The notes under the pieces were generated by a model. It was not told the origin of the DNA. It worked only from the letters and a program-made list of their open reading frames with translations, and made no database searches. From Amoebidium appalachense (taxonomy: Eukaryota; Protista; Ichthyosporea): a stretch of DNA of 64,000 nt. Position 1 is the first letter of the stretch. Each line of letters begins with the position of its first letter. The translations under genes and the position numbers were made by a program. The DNA lies in the NCBI GenBank assembly GCA_963693365.1, contig CAVNZM010000018.1, forward strand, positions 1,774,728-1,838,727, written 5' to 3'. Shown in pieces: positions 9,897-22,295 of the stretch.

Positions 9897-10220
9897 ATAC
9901 ATATGCACACACAACATTTATCCCCCCCCCCCCCCCTGCCTCCCCTGCACGTGTGCCTCCCCTGCCCCCCTGCCCCCCTGCTCCCCTGCCTCCCGGAACC
10001 ACGCCCCCAGTGGAGTCTCTTAGTACACGTGACCATGGTCATATGCATACACAACATTTATCCACGCTGTGAGTGGCCCCCCAGTCTCCCCTGCTCCCCT
10101 GCCTCCCCTGCACGTGTGCCTCCCCTGCCTCCCGGAACCACGCCCGGCGCAGTGCCAGTGAGTGCTCCCCTGCACGTGTGCCTCCCCTGCCTCCCGGAAC
10201 CACGCCCCGGCGCAGTGCCA
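9897..10220. repeat. C-rich imperfect repeats (CCCCTGC...CCCGGAACCACGCCC x3)
   Basis: tcccctgcacgtgtgcctcccctgc and cctcccggaaccacgccc each recur three times; catatgcanacacaacatttatcc occurs twice. Confidence 0.8.
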
Positions 10221-10457
10221 GCTATTTTTAGATATAGAGATTCCATGGCCACATGGCCAGATGGCCAGATCATTTTGGCTCCCGTTTTATCCCGTTTTAT
10301 TTACCTTTTTCACACACTGAATTTGACCTGGCCATCTGGCCATCTGGGTAGAGACCGTTTTCTGTTCTAATATCGGAGAACTGTCTGATAGTGATAGAAA
10401 CTGTCATTCGAAGAACAATCGGGAAACCCCGTGGTGTGACAACCAATCAGAATGAAG

Positions 10458-10836
10458 CAATATTGGGATATTCGGGTTGGTTGTAAGGTTTTCCGGGTCG
10501 GGCCGAAGGCCCTAACGGGCCTGCGGCCCGTCTATTGGGCCATAGGCCCTAGGCCGCTAGGCCTGGGGCGCGGGGCCCCGGGGACCGGGGGGCCCGACCC
10601 GGCCCGCGGGCCACCCCCCGGCCCGGCCCGGCCCGGGGTTAGCAGAATCTGCTAACCCCGGTCCGGGCCGGGCCGGGGGGTGGCCCGCGGGCCGGGTCGG
10701 GCCCCCCGGTCCCCGGGGCCCCGCGCCCCAGGCCTAGCGGCCTAGGGCCTATGGCCCAATAGACGGGCCGCAGGCCCGTTAGGGCCTTCGGCCCGACCCG
10801 GAAAACCTTACAACCAACCCGAATATCCCAATATTG
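10458..10836. repeat. 379-bp near-perfect GC-rich palindrome (189-bp arms, 1-nt centre at 10647)
   Basis: Arms are reverse-complementary with one mismatch seen (10632/10662); centre TTAGCAGA-A-TCTGCTAA; both ends CAATATTG. Confidence 0.95.
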
Positions 10837-11014
10837 AGTTTTTTTGAATCGCCGTTGCTTTGGTCAAGTCAGAGAGCCGCAAATCGGACCAAAAAAGGCG
10901 TTTTGACCTTTCAGATTTACGATTGGCTATTCGAGTTTGAGATTTGCTTTTTTTCCCGGCTGGAATGCTGGTACGCTCTAAGCCAATCCAACAGACGCCT
11001 CAGACAGAGATGGG

Positions 11015-11430
11015 GCGGTCTGGTCTGGTCAGCCCGTTCCAACCCGAAAAATTTTCGGGTTGGGCTGACCAGACCAACCCGAAATATTTTCGGGTTGGGC
11101 CACGGCGTTTGGCCGGGCTGACACGGTATATGATCTGGCCTCCCCCTAGCAGCAAAAGAGTATAGTTTATTATGTGTGACTTGGAAAACCTCGAGCAGGT
11201 TCAGTACTTGTAAGTTTATGTGGGTGGATGTGGGCTGGGCTGGTCCCGGAGCCCACATATCATCAACGGAGTGTCACAGTCGCGGCCCACAGCTCATTTT
11301 GCGCAAACAGGTTAGCTATATATGGATATACAATAGCTATATTTGGTAGCACCCGTCAGCCCAACCCAGCCCATCTCCAGCCCGAAAACAATTCGGGTTG
11401 AGTTGACCAGACCAGACCAACCCGAAACCT
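11015..11430. repeat. Cluster of short inverted motifs (CAACCCGAAA..TTCGGGTTG, GACCAGACC); MITE/transposon-end-like
   Basis: Hairpins at about 11040-11062, 11074-11098 and 11378-11400; ggtctggtctggtca (about 11017) is inverted to tgaccagaccagacc (about 11404). Confidence 0.5.
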
Positions 11431-11624
11431 TCCGGCCTTAGAAAATGGCCGCGCAGGATAATTGGCTAAATACGCACCCTGGCTGTTGATCCAAAGTTTT
11501 TCCGAATCCGAACCACCCTCTTCTACTTAGGAGTCCCAACTTAGTTCTTGCGTTTCTGTATTCTGATGTCTTAAGCGAATAGCCCTATTTTCTGATAACA
11601 AACGGAGTGTTGTAATATCACAAA

Positions 11625-12343
11625 ATGGATGAACTAGGTAAGTGTTCTACATGAAACTTCCTGTAACGTTCACTGGAATAAGAACGGGTGATCCGAAGAT
11701 GGCTAGGATCTAACTTAGAGGCCCATCAACTCTGAACGACCGCAAGTGTGTAGGGTGTGTAGTTATTTGCTTGAATGTGTGCATTGTATTACAGCGTTGG
11801 AATCTGGGAGTGTAAAATGCGAATTATATGCAGGCCTACGTGTAAGGTAACTAGCGAGGATAAACGTCTATGGTTGGGAGGAAGATTGTGGTGGTAGGGA
11901 CTTCTCTGCGTGAAATCTGTATAGGGTAGGTGGTTGCGGGGAGGGATGAGGGGGAGTGTTTGAAGGTGGGAAAGAGTGGGGCCGGGTTGGGGGAGAGGGG
12001 GAGGGGGGGAAGGGGGGTAAAAGGTGGGGATGATGAAGCAGGATTTCCTTCACTGTTAACAAATAGCAATTCAAAGAAACTGCCCTTACCGACTGATAGT
12101 ATGTAGCTTTACCAGATCTATCCGACTCTGGCACCACATCATTGTTCTCATGATTGGTGTGTGTCTTTTTGCAGACGCCCTTCTTGCGGATCTTGCTGGT
12201 CCCGCCCCACCAAAGGCGGCCCCGCCTAAGCCCGCAGCAGCCGCACCGAAGGCTGAAATGGATGACCTTGATGCACTGCTGGCAGACTTGGCAGGCACTA
12301 AACGTGAGTATGCGGGGACGTGTTTTTTTGTTTTTTTGTGTGT

Positions 12344-12434
<91 letters not shown>

Positions 12435-13251
12435 TGCGTGTGCGTGTGTGTGTGTGTGTACGCGCATGTTGGAATGAGCTGGGAGGAGACAGGGGTGGCT
12501 TCATGTTTTCACTTTCGGCATGCGTGGATTGCCTTGTCGTTTCCTGGATTGCTGGGGATTAAGTTAAGTTGAGTAAAGACATGTTGAATTGAGAGTGGAA
12601 GAGGGATCTGGAGACGAGACTGTTACGACTACACGTCTGACGAGCAATATCACCCAATGGTATTTGGCGGTTTAGCAGAAGATTTATACTATTGAATGGT
12701 TGATCAACAAAGGAGCGAGAGGGAAAGTGCACACATGAAACGAAGCGAGCTAAATCTAAAGCGAATGTCTTTTTTTTATGTTGGTTGTTGGATGGGGCAG
12801 GCGACGAAAGCGAGCTGGTTTAGGTTTGGATGAAAAGAGAGAGAGTTTGTGTGGGGGAAAGGAACTGCTGGTTGCCGTGGGGGAGTGGGGAAGGAGGAAC
12901 GAGAGGAGGAGCAGGAGGTGGTGGTGGTGGTGGTGGTGGGGGGGGGGGGGGGGGGGGGGGGGGGAAGGGAGAATGTGGAGATGGGTCGGGATGGAGTTGA
13001 GGAGAGCAAGCGGTAGGGGGGAGGGGGGGGTTGTGTGTGGAGGGAAGAGGAGATATGGACGTAGGCGAATGGAGGAGAAAGAGAGAGGGGGGGGAGGGGG
13101 GAGGGGGGGGGGAGAGGGGGGGGGGGGGGGGGGGGAGGGGGCAGGCTGAGGAGTCAGAATAGGAACCCGGGAAAGGGGAATCAGAAGGAGAGAAGGGATT
13201 GCCAGGAATTTGGGGTTGGTTCGTGTGTGTGGAGGGGGGCGCTCGGAGGAA

Positions 13252-13284
<33 letters not shown>

Positions 13285-13441
13285 GTGTGTGCTTTGTTTT
13301 TTCCTTTTTTTTTCTTAGATTCTTTTTGTCCTTTCTTTTCTATTTTCTTTTCTTTTCCCTTTTTCTTTTTCTTTCCTTCTTTTTTTTTAGAGTAGGGGGA
13401 GGTAAGGGGGAGAAGGCAAAAGGGCGCACCTCTTTTTTCTT

Positions 13442-13484
<43 letters not shown>

Positions 13485-14474
13485 GTTTCCCTTCTTTTTT
13501 TTTTGGGGGGGGGGGGAGGGGGGAGGGGGGAGGTGGTTGGAGGGAGATCCAATGCTCACACACTCCCCTTTAACTACACAGCAGCCGCACCCACTGCCAA
13601 GCCATCCACACCCGCCAAACCCACCAGCCCCCCCTCCCAGAAAAAACCCCCCACCTCCGCATCTACAGTCGATGACCTCCTTGCTAGCCTTACCAACAAA
13701 TCTGCGCCACCGCCAAAAAAGGAAACGCCAAAAATGGCAACAACCCCGGCGGCTTGGACCCCGGCGGTAAATGGGGCGGGGGGGAGCGTTAAGGCGGCGG
13801 CGGCGGCTTCAGATGACCTTGATGATAGTGAGTGGATGTGTGTGCTGAGGTGGAGGGGGGAGGGGAGGGGGGGGGGGGGGGGGGGGGGGGACGCGGTGTG
13901 TTTGCTTTCTTTGTGTATGTGCGTGTGTGCACAGTGTGGGGGGGAGGGGGGGGGGGAACGGGAAGGTGGAGGGTTGTTGTTGGGGGGGGGGGGGGGGGGA
14001 GGAGGAGGAGATGGGGAAAGGAGTAGTTAGCGCATGTGCTCTTGTGTTTGTGCTTATACTGGAAGAAAGAGAGGTCGGAGGTCATTAGTTTAGGAAGAGT
14101 CTGCGTGGAGGTTGGTGGGGGCAGGGGGGAAGGGTTTCTGTAGCGTACTTACGGAACGAATCTGCTAATCAGAGTAAATCGGAGCTAATCGGAGTTACAC
14201 ATTTTTCCAGTCATGGCATCCCTCAACGACATGAAGGTATCATCCAAGCCACACACCTCTGCTAAGTCCGGCGTGGACGATGTACTGAACAGGTGCCATT
14301 ACCCCCTCCCCTCCCCCACCCTTTGCTCCAACTCTCCGCCCCTCCCCTGCCATCCGCCCCTCGTTATGCATAATCTTTATGTGTGCTGCGCACTCAGTAT
14401 CGTGTTGCCTTTCATGTATGTGCACTTCGTACTCTAGAACACATTTCAAACTTCCCCCCCCCTCCCCCCCCCCC

Positions 14475-14516
<42 letters not shown>

Positions 14517-14667
14517 CGTCTTAATTGGTAGTACCTTTTTTGCTGTCCTTTGCCTTCCGCTCTATGCAAATAAGCATAAATACACGTGCACATTTTGCTG
14601 AGCCTGTCGCCACCCCCCACACACGTACACATGTATGCTCTACGGAAAAGCATGGACATATGCACAT

Positions 14668-14709
<42 letters not shown>

Positions 14710-14864
14710 AACGAGACAACACGCACGGTCTTCTTAATTCCCCCCCCTTCCCCCCCCCCCTTTTCCGCCCCGATCCCCGATTCCCTTCCCTTTCCCTGTT
14801 CACTCACACACATACACACCCAAACACGCACACTGACACACCCACACACCCACACCCACACCCA

Positions 14865-14923
<59 letters not shown>

Positions 14924-15473
14924 ACACACACACGTACACACAAACACACACAGCCTGTCCGGTCTTAGCACTAGTAGTGCGCCTACCAAGAAGGGCAGCT
15001 GCTTCGGCTGCAAGAAGCCTCTGGTGGGGCAACTGATGGCATGCATGGGTCATGATTGGCACGTGGCTTGCTTTACGTGCTTTGCCTGCAGGCAGGTACG
15101 GACAATCACACCTTTCTTTTTTGGTGTGTGCGTGCGTGTGCGTGTGCGCGTGTGTGTGTGTGTGTGTGCGTGCGTGTGCGTGCGTGTGTGTGTGTGTGTG
15201 TCTGTGTGTGTGACATTGAGTACGAGTGCTCAAACCAATCCTTGTAATGTCAACATGGCAAAACTTGCACACATACCCTCCTGGTTGGGAACCACGCGCG
15301 AGAGGTTAAAGAGTCGAAACCCATTCTTTTGTGGAGGCATAGGAGCCGCCCTGATGATCTGTTCAGGTGTCCTCTGCCTGCACGCTTAAATTGTTTGATT
15401 TTGGATTTCCCACTTTTGTGACGTTTGGTTGTTGCTCTTTGTTGTCTCCTCCATATTCCCAACCGTCTAAGGC

Positions 15474-15508
<35 letters not shown>

Positions 15509-16138
15509 AAGGCCCCAGACCCGCAACCCCTCCCCACTCCTCCAATTGCACCAACACAGAAAAGAAACTCTTCAAGTGTGTGTGCAAGTTTTTTTTTTTT
15601 TTTTTTTGGGGGGGGGGGGGGGGGGGGCTGTTTTGTAGAGCCAGTGATCGCAATGGATTGCGTCGAAAACCCGATTCGTGTGATCATGTGTGATCTGACA
15701 AGCAAAATTCCAACCAATTTGTCTGATCCGACAAGCTAACTATGCGATTCGACAAAATCCGGTGATCGGAAAAGAAAATCACACAATCTAACGATTCCAA
15801 TCTCCGATTGCAGAGGCTGACTGCCGACACGTTCTTTGAGCACGAGGGTCTGCCCTACTGCGAGAAAGACTACTACGACCAGGTGGGAATGGGAGCACGT
15901 GCTGCACCTAAAATTTTAATGCCAAGTTTATATCCTTTATTATGCCATTTGAAAGTTTGACGTAGACGTGCAGTCCTCTCCTCCCCGTTCCCTCCCCCCC
16001 CCCCCCCCTCCCCCCCCCCCCCCCCCAAAAAAAAAAAAAAAAAAAAAAGAAAAGGAAAAAAAAAGGGAAAAGAAAAAAAAGAAAAAGGAAACCAGAATAA
16101 GTACTCAAGGCATTTCAAACAAAATCAGAAAGAAAGAC

Positions 16139-16169
<31 letters not shown>

Positions 16170-17216
16170 AAAAAAAAAAAACATACACATCCACACACCC
16201 ACACATACACCCACACACCCAAAGGGGATAAATAAAAAGCGTTGCTGAAGCAGAAGTAATAAACACCCCCCCCCCCCCCCCCCTCTTTTCTCTCTCTTCC
16301 CCCCCATCCCCCCCCCCCCCCCCTTCTCCCCCCCCCTCCCCCTTCTCCCCCTCCCCCCCCCCCTTCTCCGCCCCACCCCCCCCGCCCCCAACACCCCCCC
16401 CCCCCTTTTTTTTTTTTTTGCAGGTGTCATCCCGCTGTGCCTACTGTAATGGTGTGATCGAGGACACGTGCATCACCGCCCTAGGCCGTACGTGGCACCC
16501 CGACCACTTCTTCTGCTCACAGTGCGGAAAGACTTTCCCTGACGGCGCATTCATGGAAAAGGACGGAAAGGTAAAATAATCGACTGAACCTTTGTTGGCT
16601 TCCTTCCTTTCTGTTGCCTTGTTTGTCCTTGTCTTGATTGGTACACACAGCATCGGCATGGCACGTGTGCAACTTCAGCGCGCACTCGTTCACATCTTTG
16701 TGTGTGTGTGTGGCTGCGCGCGCGCGCGCGCGTGTGTGCGTGTGTGTGTGTGTGTGTGCGTGAGTGAGTGAAGTCTCTCCGTCATGAGTTCATGTTTTCT
16801 TCCTCGTTTTTGACTTCTTGAAATCTTCGAATTTCTTGTTGTCTTGTTCGTCTGTCTTGCGTTTCCAAGTTCTTGTTGTTTTTCAATCCTAATGTTTAGT
16901 TTCAACTTGTACCCACCCAGCCATCCATCCACCCCCCAACCCCATTCCCACCCACCCAACCAGGCCCCAGATCCTTAAATCCGCAAACCCTTAAAACCCT
17001 AAACCTTAACCCCATCTTTTTCCAGCCCCACCGCCTCCTTGCTTTCGTTTATTTCCCCCCGTGATATGGTACTCATTACGATACTTGAGCACCCTTAACA
17101 CATTTTATACCTGCCCCCTGCCCCCCACCCCCCCCCTCCCCCTTCCCCCCGCCCCCTTTTTTTTATTACCGCTTCCCTTTTTTTAAAGGAAGAAAAGGGA
17201 AGAAAAAGCTCACACC

Positions 17217-17260
<44 letters not shown>

Positions 17261-19001
17261 CACACACCACACACCACACCCCACACACCACAAACACACT
17301 CCCCTTCTCTACCCGCTCCCCCCCTCCCTCCCCCCTCTTTGCACGCCTGCCCGCTCCCCACATACACACACACACACACTCCCTCCCAGTCCCCCCCACC
17401 ACCACACACACACACACCCTCCTCCCCTCCACACGTACACGTTCACACACATCCCCCCCCCACACACACACACGTCCACTCACACACACACATACATACA
17501 CGTGTACACACACACACTCAACCCCCGACACACACACACACACAGGCAAAATGCGAGGAAGACTACCACCTCATGTACGCCCCCAAGTGTGGTGGCTAAA
17601 CACAGACACACACCCTGCCGGCCCCCTCCCTTCCCCCCCTCTCACCCCCCCAAAAAAACACACACGTACACACGTACACATACACACACACATGTACACA
17701 TACACACACACACACACAGGCATACTGCGAGGAAGACTACTATCTCATGTACGCCCCCAAGTGTGGTGGCTGCAGTAAAGCCGTTATGGATGCCTGTGTG
17801 AATGCGCTGGGCACACAGTGGCACCCTCAGTGCTTTGTGTGCCGCACGTGCAAGAAACCGTTTGAGGGGCAGTTCTTTGAACATGAGGGGCAACCTTACT
17901 GCGAGACTCACTTTCATCAGGTAAGATATGATGTGTGTGTGTGTGCGTGTGTGTTGTGTGTGTGTGTGTGTGTGTGTTTGTGTGTGTGCGTGTTTGGAAG
18001 CAGTTTTAATAGGTTTAAAGCAACCACCGCTACTTCCATTTTAGCGTCTGGGCGGGGAGCCACATTGGTGACGTCATTCTGTGCACAAAATCCATGACGC
18101 CGTGTAGCCGCCGGGCTGAAACTTTTGCACGAAGACGAAGAAGATGGCTCTGTCGTATGTCGACATCGGCATGTGACACAATTTGATCGAATCTTTTGAT
18201 TGGTGAGACGCATTTGAGAAATGCGGCTCTCGGGTGGTCAGCGCCCAGACGTAAAAATGGAAGAAGCGGTGGTTGGTTTAAATTGTTGGTACTGCCTCGT
18301 GAGCTGTCTATTAGTATTGGGTATTATAGCATTAATGGTGCGCGGTTTAGTATTATTGTTGCATGTTTCAGATATTCCTACTTTTTTATAGTTTTATAGT
18401 ATTCACGTGACTCACTATCACTAGTTACATGTGTATGTTTGCAATTGGAAGTTGCTGGGAAAAACACTAGTGGCGTGATTAGAGTGTTGCATGTGGCTGT
18501 GTTCCTTACCCCCCCCCCCCCCCCCCCCCCCCCCCCCGCGCGCTCTCTACAACACATAGGCACACACACACACAGACAGACAGACACAGACACAGAGACA
18601 CACACACACATACCTAGTCATGTTTTGTGTAAGCCACCCTCCCCGCGTCCGCCCCCCTCCCCCGGGAACGTTTTCCCTCACATCCCCCCCCCCCCCCCCC
18701 TGCCTCCCCCCCCCCCCTTCCCCTCGCGAGGCTCCTCACCTCTCCCACCCTTTTTCATTTCCCCACACCCACCTACACTCTCTAATGTCACCTTTCCCCC
18801 TCTCCGCAGGTCCAAGGCACTCTCTGTCATGGATGCCAAAAGCCGCTTTCGGGCAAGTGTGTTACCGCAACGGGAGGGAAAAGATTCCACCCGGACCACT
18901 TCATCTGTCAGTTCTGTAAGAAGAAGATTGCAAACTCTTCATACAAGGAGGAGGGTGGAAAGTACTTTTGCTCTCCGTGCCATGTGAAATTGTTTGGGTA
19001 G
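11625..19001 (+). CDS. PXN: Paxillin/leupaxin-family LD-motif + 4 LIM-domain focal-adhesion protein, 9 exons
   Basis: Exons 11625-11637, 12175-12303, 13582-13827, 14211-14292, 14954-15095, 15814-15882, 16424-16570, 17720-17920, 18810-19001, all GT-AG. Spliced start [11 protein letters not shown] (LD1), further LD motifs ([18 protein letters not shown]), four LIM domains ending CHVKLFG*. Confidence 0.92.
18019..18277. mobile_element. MITE with about 35-bp TIRs and TTAA flanks (Kolobok/piggyBac-type TSD)
   Basis: TTAA|AGCAACCACCGCT...AGCGGTGGTTGGT|TTAA; inverted second copy at 33861-34090. Confidence 0.8.
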
Positions 19002-19893
19002 AGAGACGTGTGCGGGTGTGGGTGTGTGTGTTGATGGGGGAGGGGGGGAATGTACTGTGTGCCTTTCAAAGAGTAGTCTCGAGGGATGTGTGTGGGGGGG
19101 GTGCCAGAATATACAACAATAGTGCACGAGTTGGCATATGCATTTCGCACGCACGTGCACAGCACGATTCTTCATTAGTTGCACATCTTTGGTTTACACA
19201 GGTTGCACGAGCACATAGCATACATAGTTAGGTACGATCGTTTATTTGTGCTTTATCTCCCTTTATTTCATAAGCATGTCCGGCATGCTCTTGTTTGCCC
19301 TCTGTTATTCATTAGGCACGTGTGGTATTCATAGTTTGTTTAGCTATTGGCGATAGCGAGAGGAAAGCACACATCCGACGATTGTTGTGCATGCTTTTCA
19401 TGTTTTCTGTGTAGTCGGGTGTTTTGTCTGCGGTTGGACCGTATGAGGGGAATGCAGTTTGATTTCCGTTCATGTACGTGTCGTTATATGTTTGGTCAGA
19501 TTTATAGTGTTCATAGTATTTGCCAATCAGATGCGCAAATACCTTTGGATAGATCTGTATTCATGGAATCTGCCTGCGGCAGGTAAATAGGTGAGAATCG
19601 AGCATAATAAATTAGACGTAGATTGACAGAACATGCAACTGTGTTTCTACCTCTCCACACTACCCTCTCTGTTAGTGCTGTGGCATCGTGCATTGCCCAG
19701 CACCACTCTGCACGTGTTTATGTCTGTTAGTTTAGTGGCCTGATCACCCACGCATACTCTCATTCATATGCATGTGTGCCCAGGTACGTGTTAGTTGTAG
19801 TGTGTACACTCTGCTAGTCAGGCGAGAATAGTAGGGACTTTTGCCGTAAGTCAGCACTTTTCTTGCGCGGGGGGGGGGGGGGGGGGGAGGCTC

Positions 19894-19958
<65 letters not shown>

Positions 19959-21523
19959 ATGTTGTGGTTGAAAGGGCGGGGGGGGGGGGTACTGCGTGCC
20001 TCTCAATCTAGTAGCTGTGATCGCCACTAATATAGCATCATGCTAATAGGTAGGTGTCAGGGATATATAATGGAACCGTTGGCAATAAAGATGTATTGAG
20101 GGTGTGTGGGTTGGTGTGTTCTTACCCCAACATAAGAATAGGATTTCGTATATCGGTCAATAATATACGGGAAGTGGCTTGGCGTGTTGCGTTTCGTTGC
20201 CCCCAGAAGCAACCGTTGGAATGTCATATTACGGCCAAATACGGAAAATCTAAATGGTTCAATTTTTGAATGAGGGACAGTCAATTATAGTCCTCGCGAC
20301 TTGGAGCTATGGTTTTCTGAGGCTTCCACGGTGTTTCGACGGTTGCTGAATTCGATTCTTTTCAACGATGCCCCCCCCCCCCCCCCTCCCCCCTCTTCTT
20401 GATGACTTGCACCCTCCCCCCCCTCCCCACCCCCTCCCTCCCTTCTCCCCCCCCCCCCCCCCCCCCGGCCCTCCCCCCCCGGAGGATGAGCTCTGCTTAT
20501 TATACTTACACTTTGTGTGGCTTGCCCTCCGCTGAACTGTGTTGTCCGCTAGGAATGTTTAGTCTATAACGGACTCTAACCCTACCTGAGGATGGGCTCT
20601 GCTTATGACGCATACTGTGCGCACGGCTGATGTTGCATACTTGAATGTTTGCCTTTGCATCTGTCCTGCACCATGCTTTTCGTCATGTATGCGTACTTCG
20701 TACCGCTTTCCGCATTCAACCCCCCCCCCCCCCCCCCCCCCTTCTCTTCCACCTCTTTCTCTCCAGCTCCCCCCTCCCCCCTCCCCCCTCTCTTTTAAAT
20801 CAGTTGTAAATGTCGACTGTGACTGGCTGCCTGAGGGGCCACGTCGACCCACACGTTTTTCAATGGTTATAAACTTAATGATTTTGTCTCACCCGAAGAG
20901 TTTTGTCAATTAACGACAATGTTGGCCCTTCTCACTGGCATGCATGAGTTCTTTTCGGACGGCGATCCCCAAGAAATGGATATCCCATATCTGGGGGAAA
21001 GAAAAAACAGTGCGTTCGATTATATCGGCGTCAACGGCGGCGGCGGCGGCAGCGGCCGGGGGGGGAGGGGGGGGGGGGGGGGGGGGGGGCACGACTCAGG
21101 CTTGCTTAGCAGCTGGGCCAAGCTTTCATACAGCAGCTTCTGTGTTTGGTTGCTCGGCCGTGGTTCGTGTTTTGTTACTTCACTTCATAAATAGTAACAC
21201 GAACAACATAAACAGTACACACCGTATTGTGGTGGGGGTAGGGGTTTTTTCTTTTTCTTCCCCCCTCCCCCCTCCCCCCCCCCCCCCGTCCCCCCCCCGC
21301 GCCCCTTCTTTTGTTGATTGTTCTGGGGAGGGAGGGAGGGGGGTAGGGGAGGGGGGAGGGGAGGGGGAGGGCTCTGGGAAGGAGGGGCGCGGGGCGGGGG
21401 GGGGGGGGGGGGGGGGGGGGAGGAGGGGGGGGCTGCTGCTCCGTGTGCAGACAGGGGGCAGCCACCTGACAAATTGAGGCTGTCCAGATCGATATCGGAA
21501 ATAGCACGTTGGTTATAGTATTG

Positions 21524-21564
<41 letters not shown>

Positions 21565-21617
21565 TTGTGTAGGAACCAGATTTGGATGGAGAGGGAGAGA
21601 GGGGGGGGGGGGGGGGG

Positions 21618-21649
<32 letters not shown>

Positions 21650-22295
21650 AGAAAGAGTTTTAGAGTAAGAAGGCCTCGCCGTGTTTGCATTGCATATAAG
21701 CATTTGGATCCATCATCCGTACACACCCAGTCTTTTTGAACAAAAATTTTATTCATGTTTTTATTTGCCAAGACCATGCATGTGGCCAGCCATGCCTGAA
21801 ATAGAAATACCATCGTTAAAGAAGCGCTAAACTTGAACTGAAATTCTGTATTGTCCATGCATGATACCAACTCGACGAGAGGCCATAACGCAGTGTGCTT
21901 GTCCGCCCAAACCTTTTTGTCATCTCCTTCTAATTTTTGTTTGCTGCGTATTGTATACCTTACTGACTGACATTCCTTTATAATACATTCTAAAGGAAAT
22001 GTAGCGTAACACTACGACAACTCAGGAGCCAAAACATTCTACAAAACAACATCATCTATCTCGCTTCTGATCTATGCGTCGGACTCGTCAAAACCCAAAA
22101 GAACGATAGTGTCACTAAGATATAACCAAAAACCAAGTCATAAATATGCGAGTACAGTAAGAAGAACAACCCCTACATAGCACAGGCCAATATTATGATG
22201 GAAAAAACTTTTCACTTTTTAATCCACAAAAGACATGCGGCATGGCATAAACTTTAAATTCTCCCTGCTGCTCAAAGCATCTTTTTGTTGTCTTT

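Larger units (their letters stand above)
1..10400. mobile_element. Endogenous virus-like / self-replicating DNA element (left end probably outside the window)
   Basis: Compact intronless ORFs (SF3 helicase, C2H2 ZF, NCLDV-type Bro-N-like fragment, coiled-coil orphans), TATA promoters, internal inverted repeats and tandem arrays. It largely lacks the long (CA)n/poly-G intron signature of flanking host DNA. Boundaries approximate. Confidence 0.7.
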
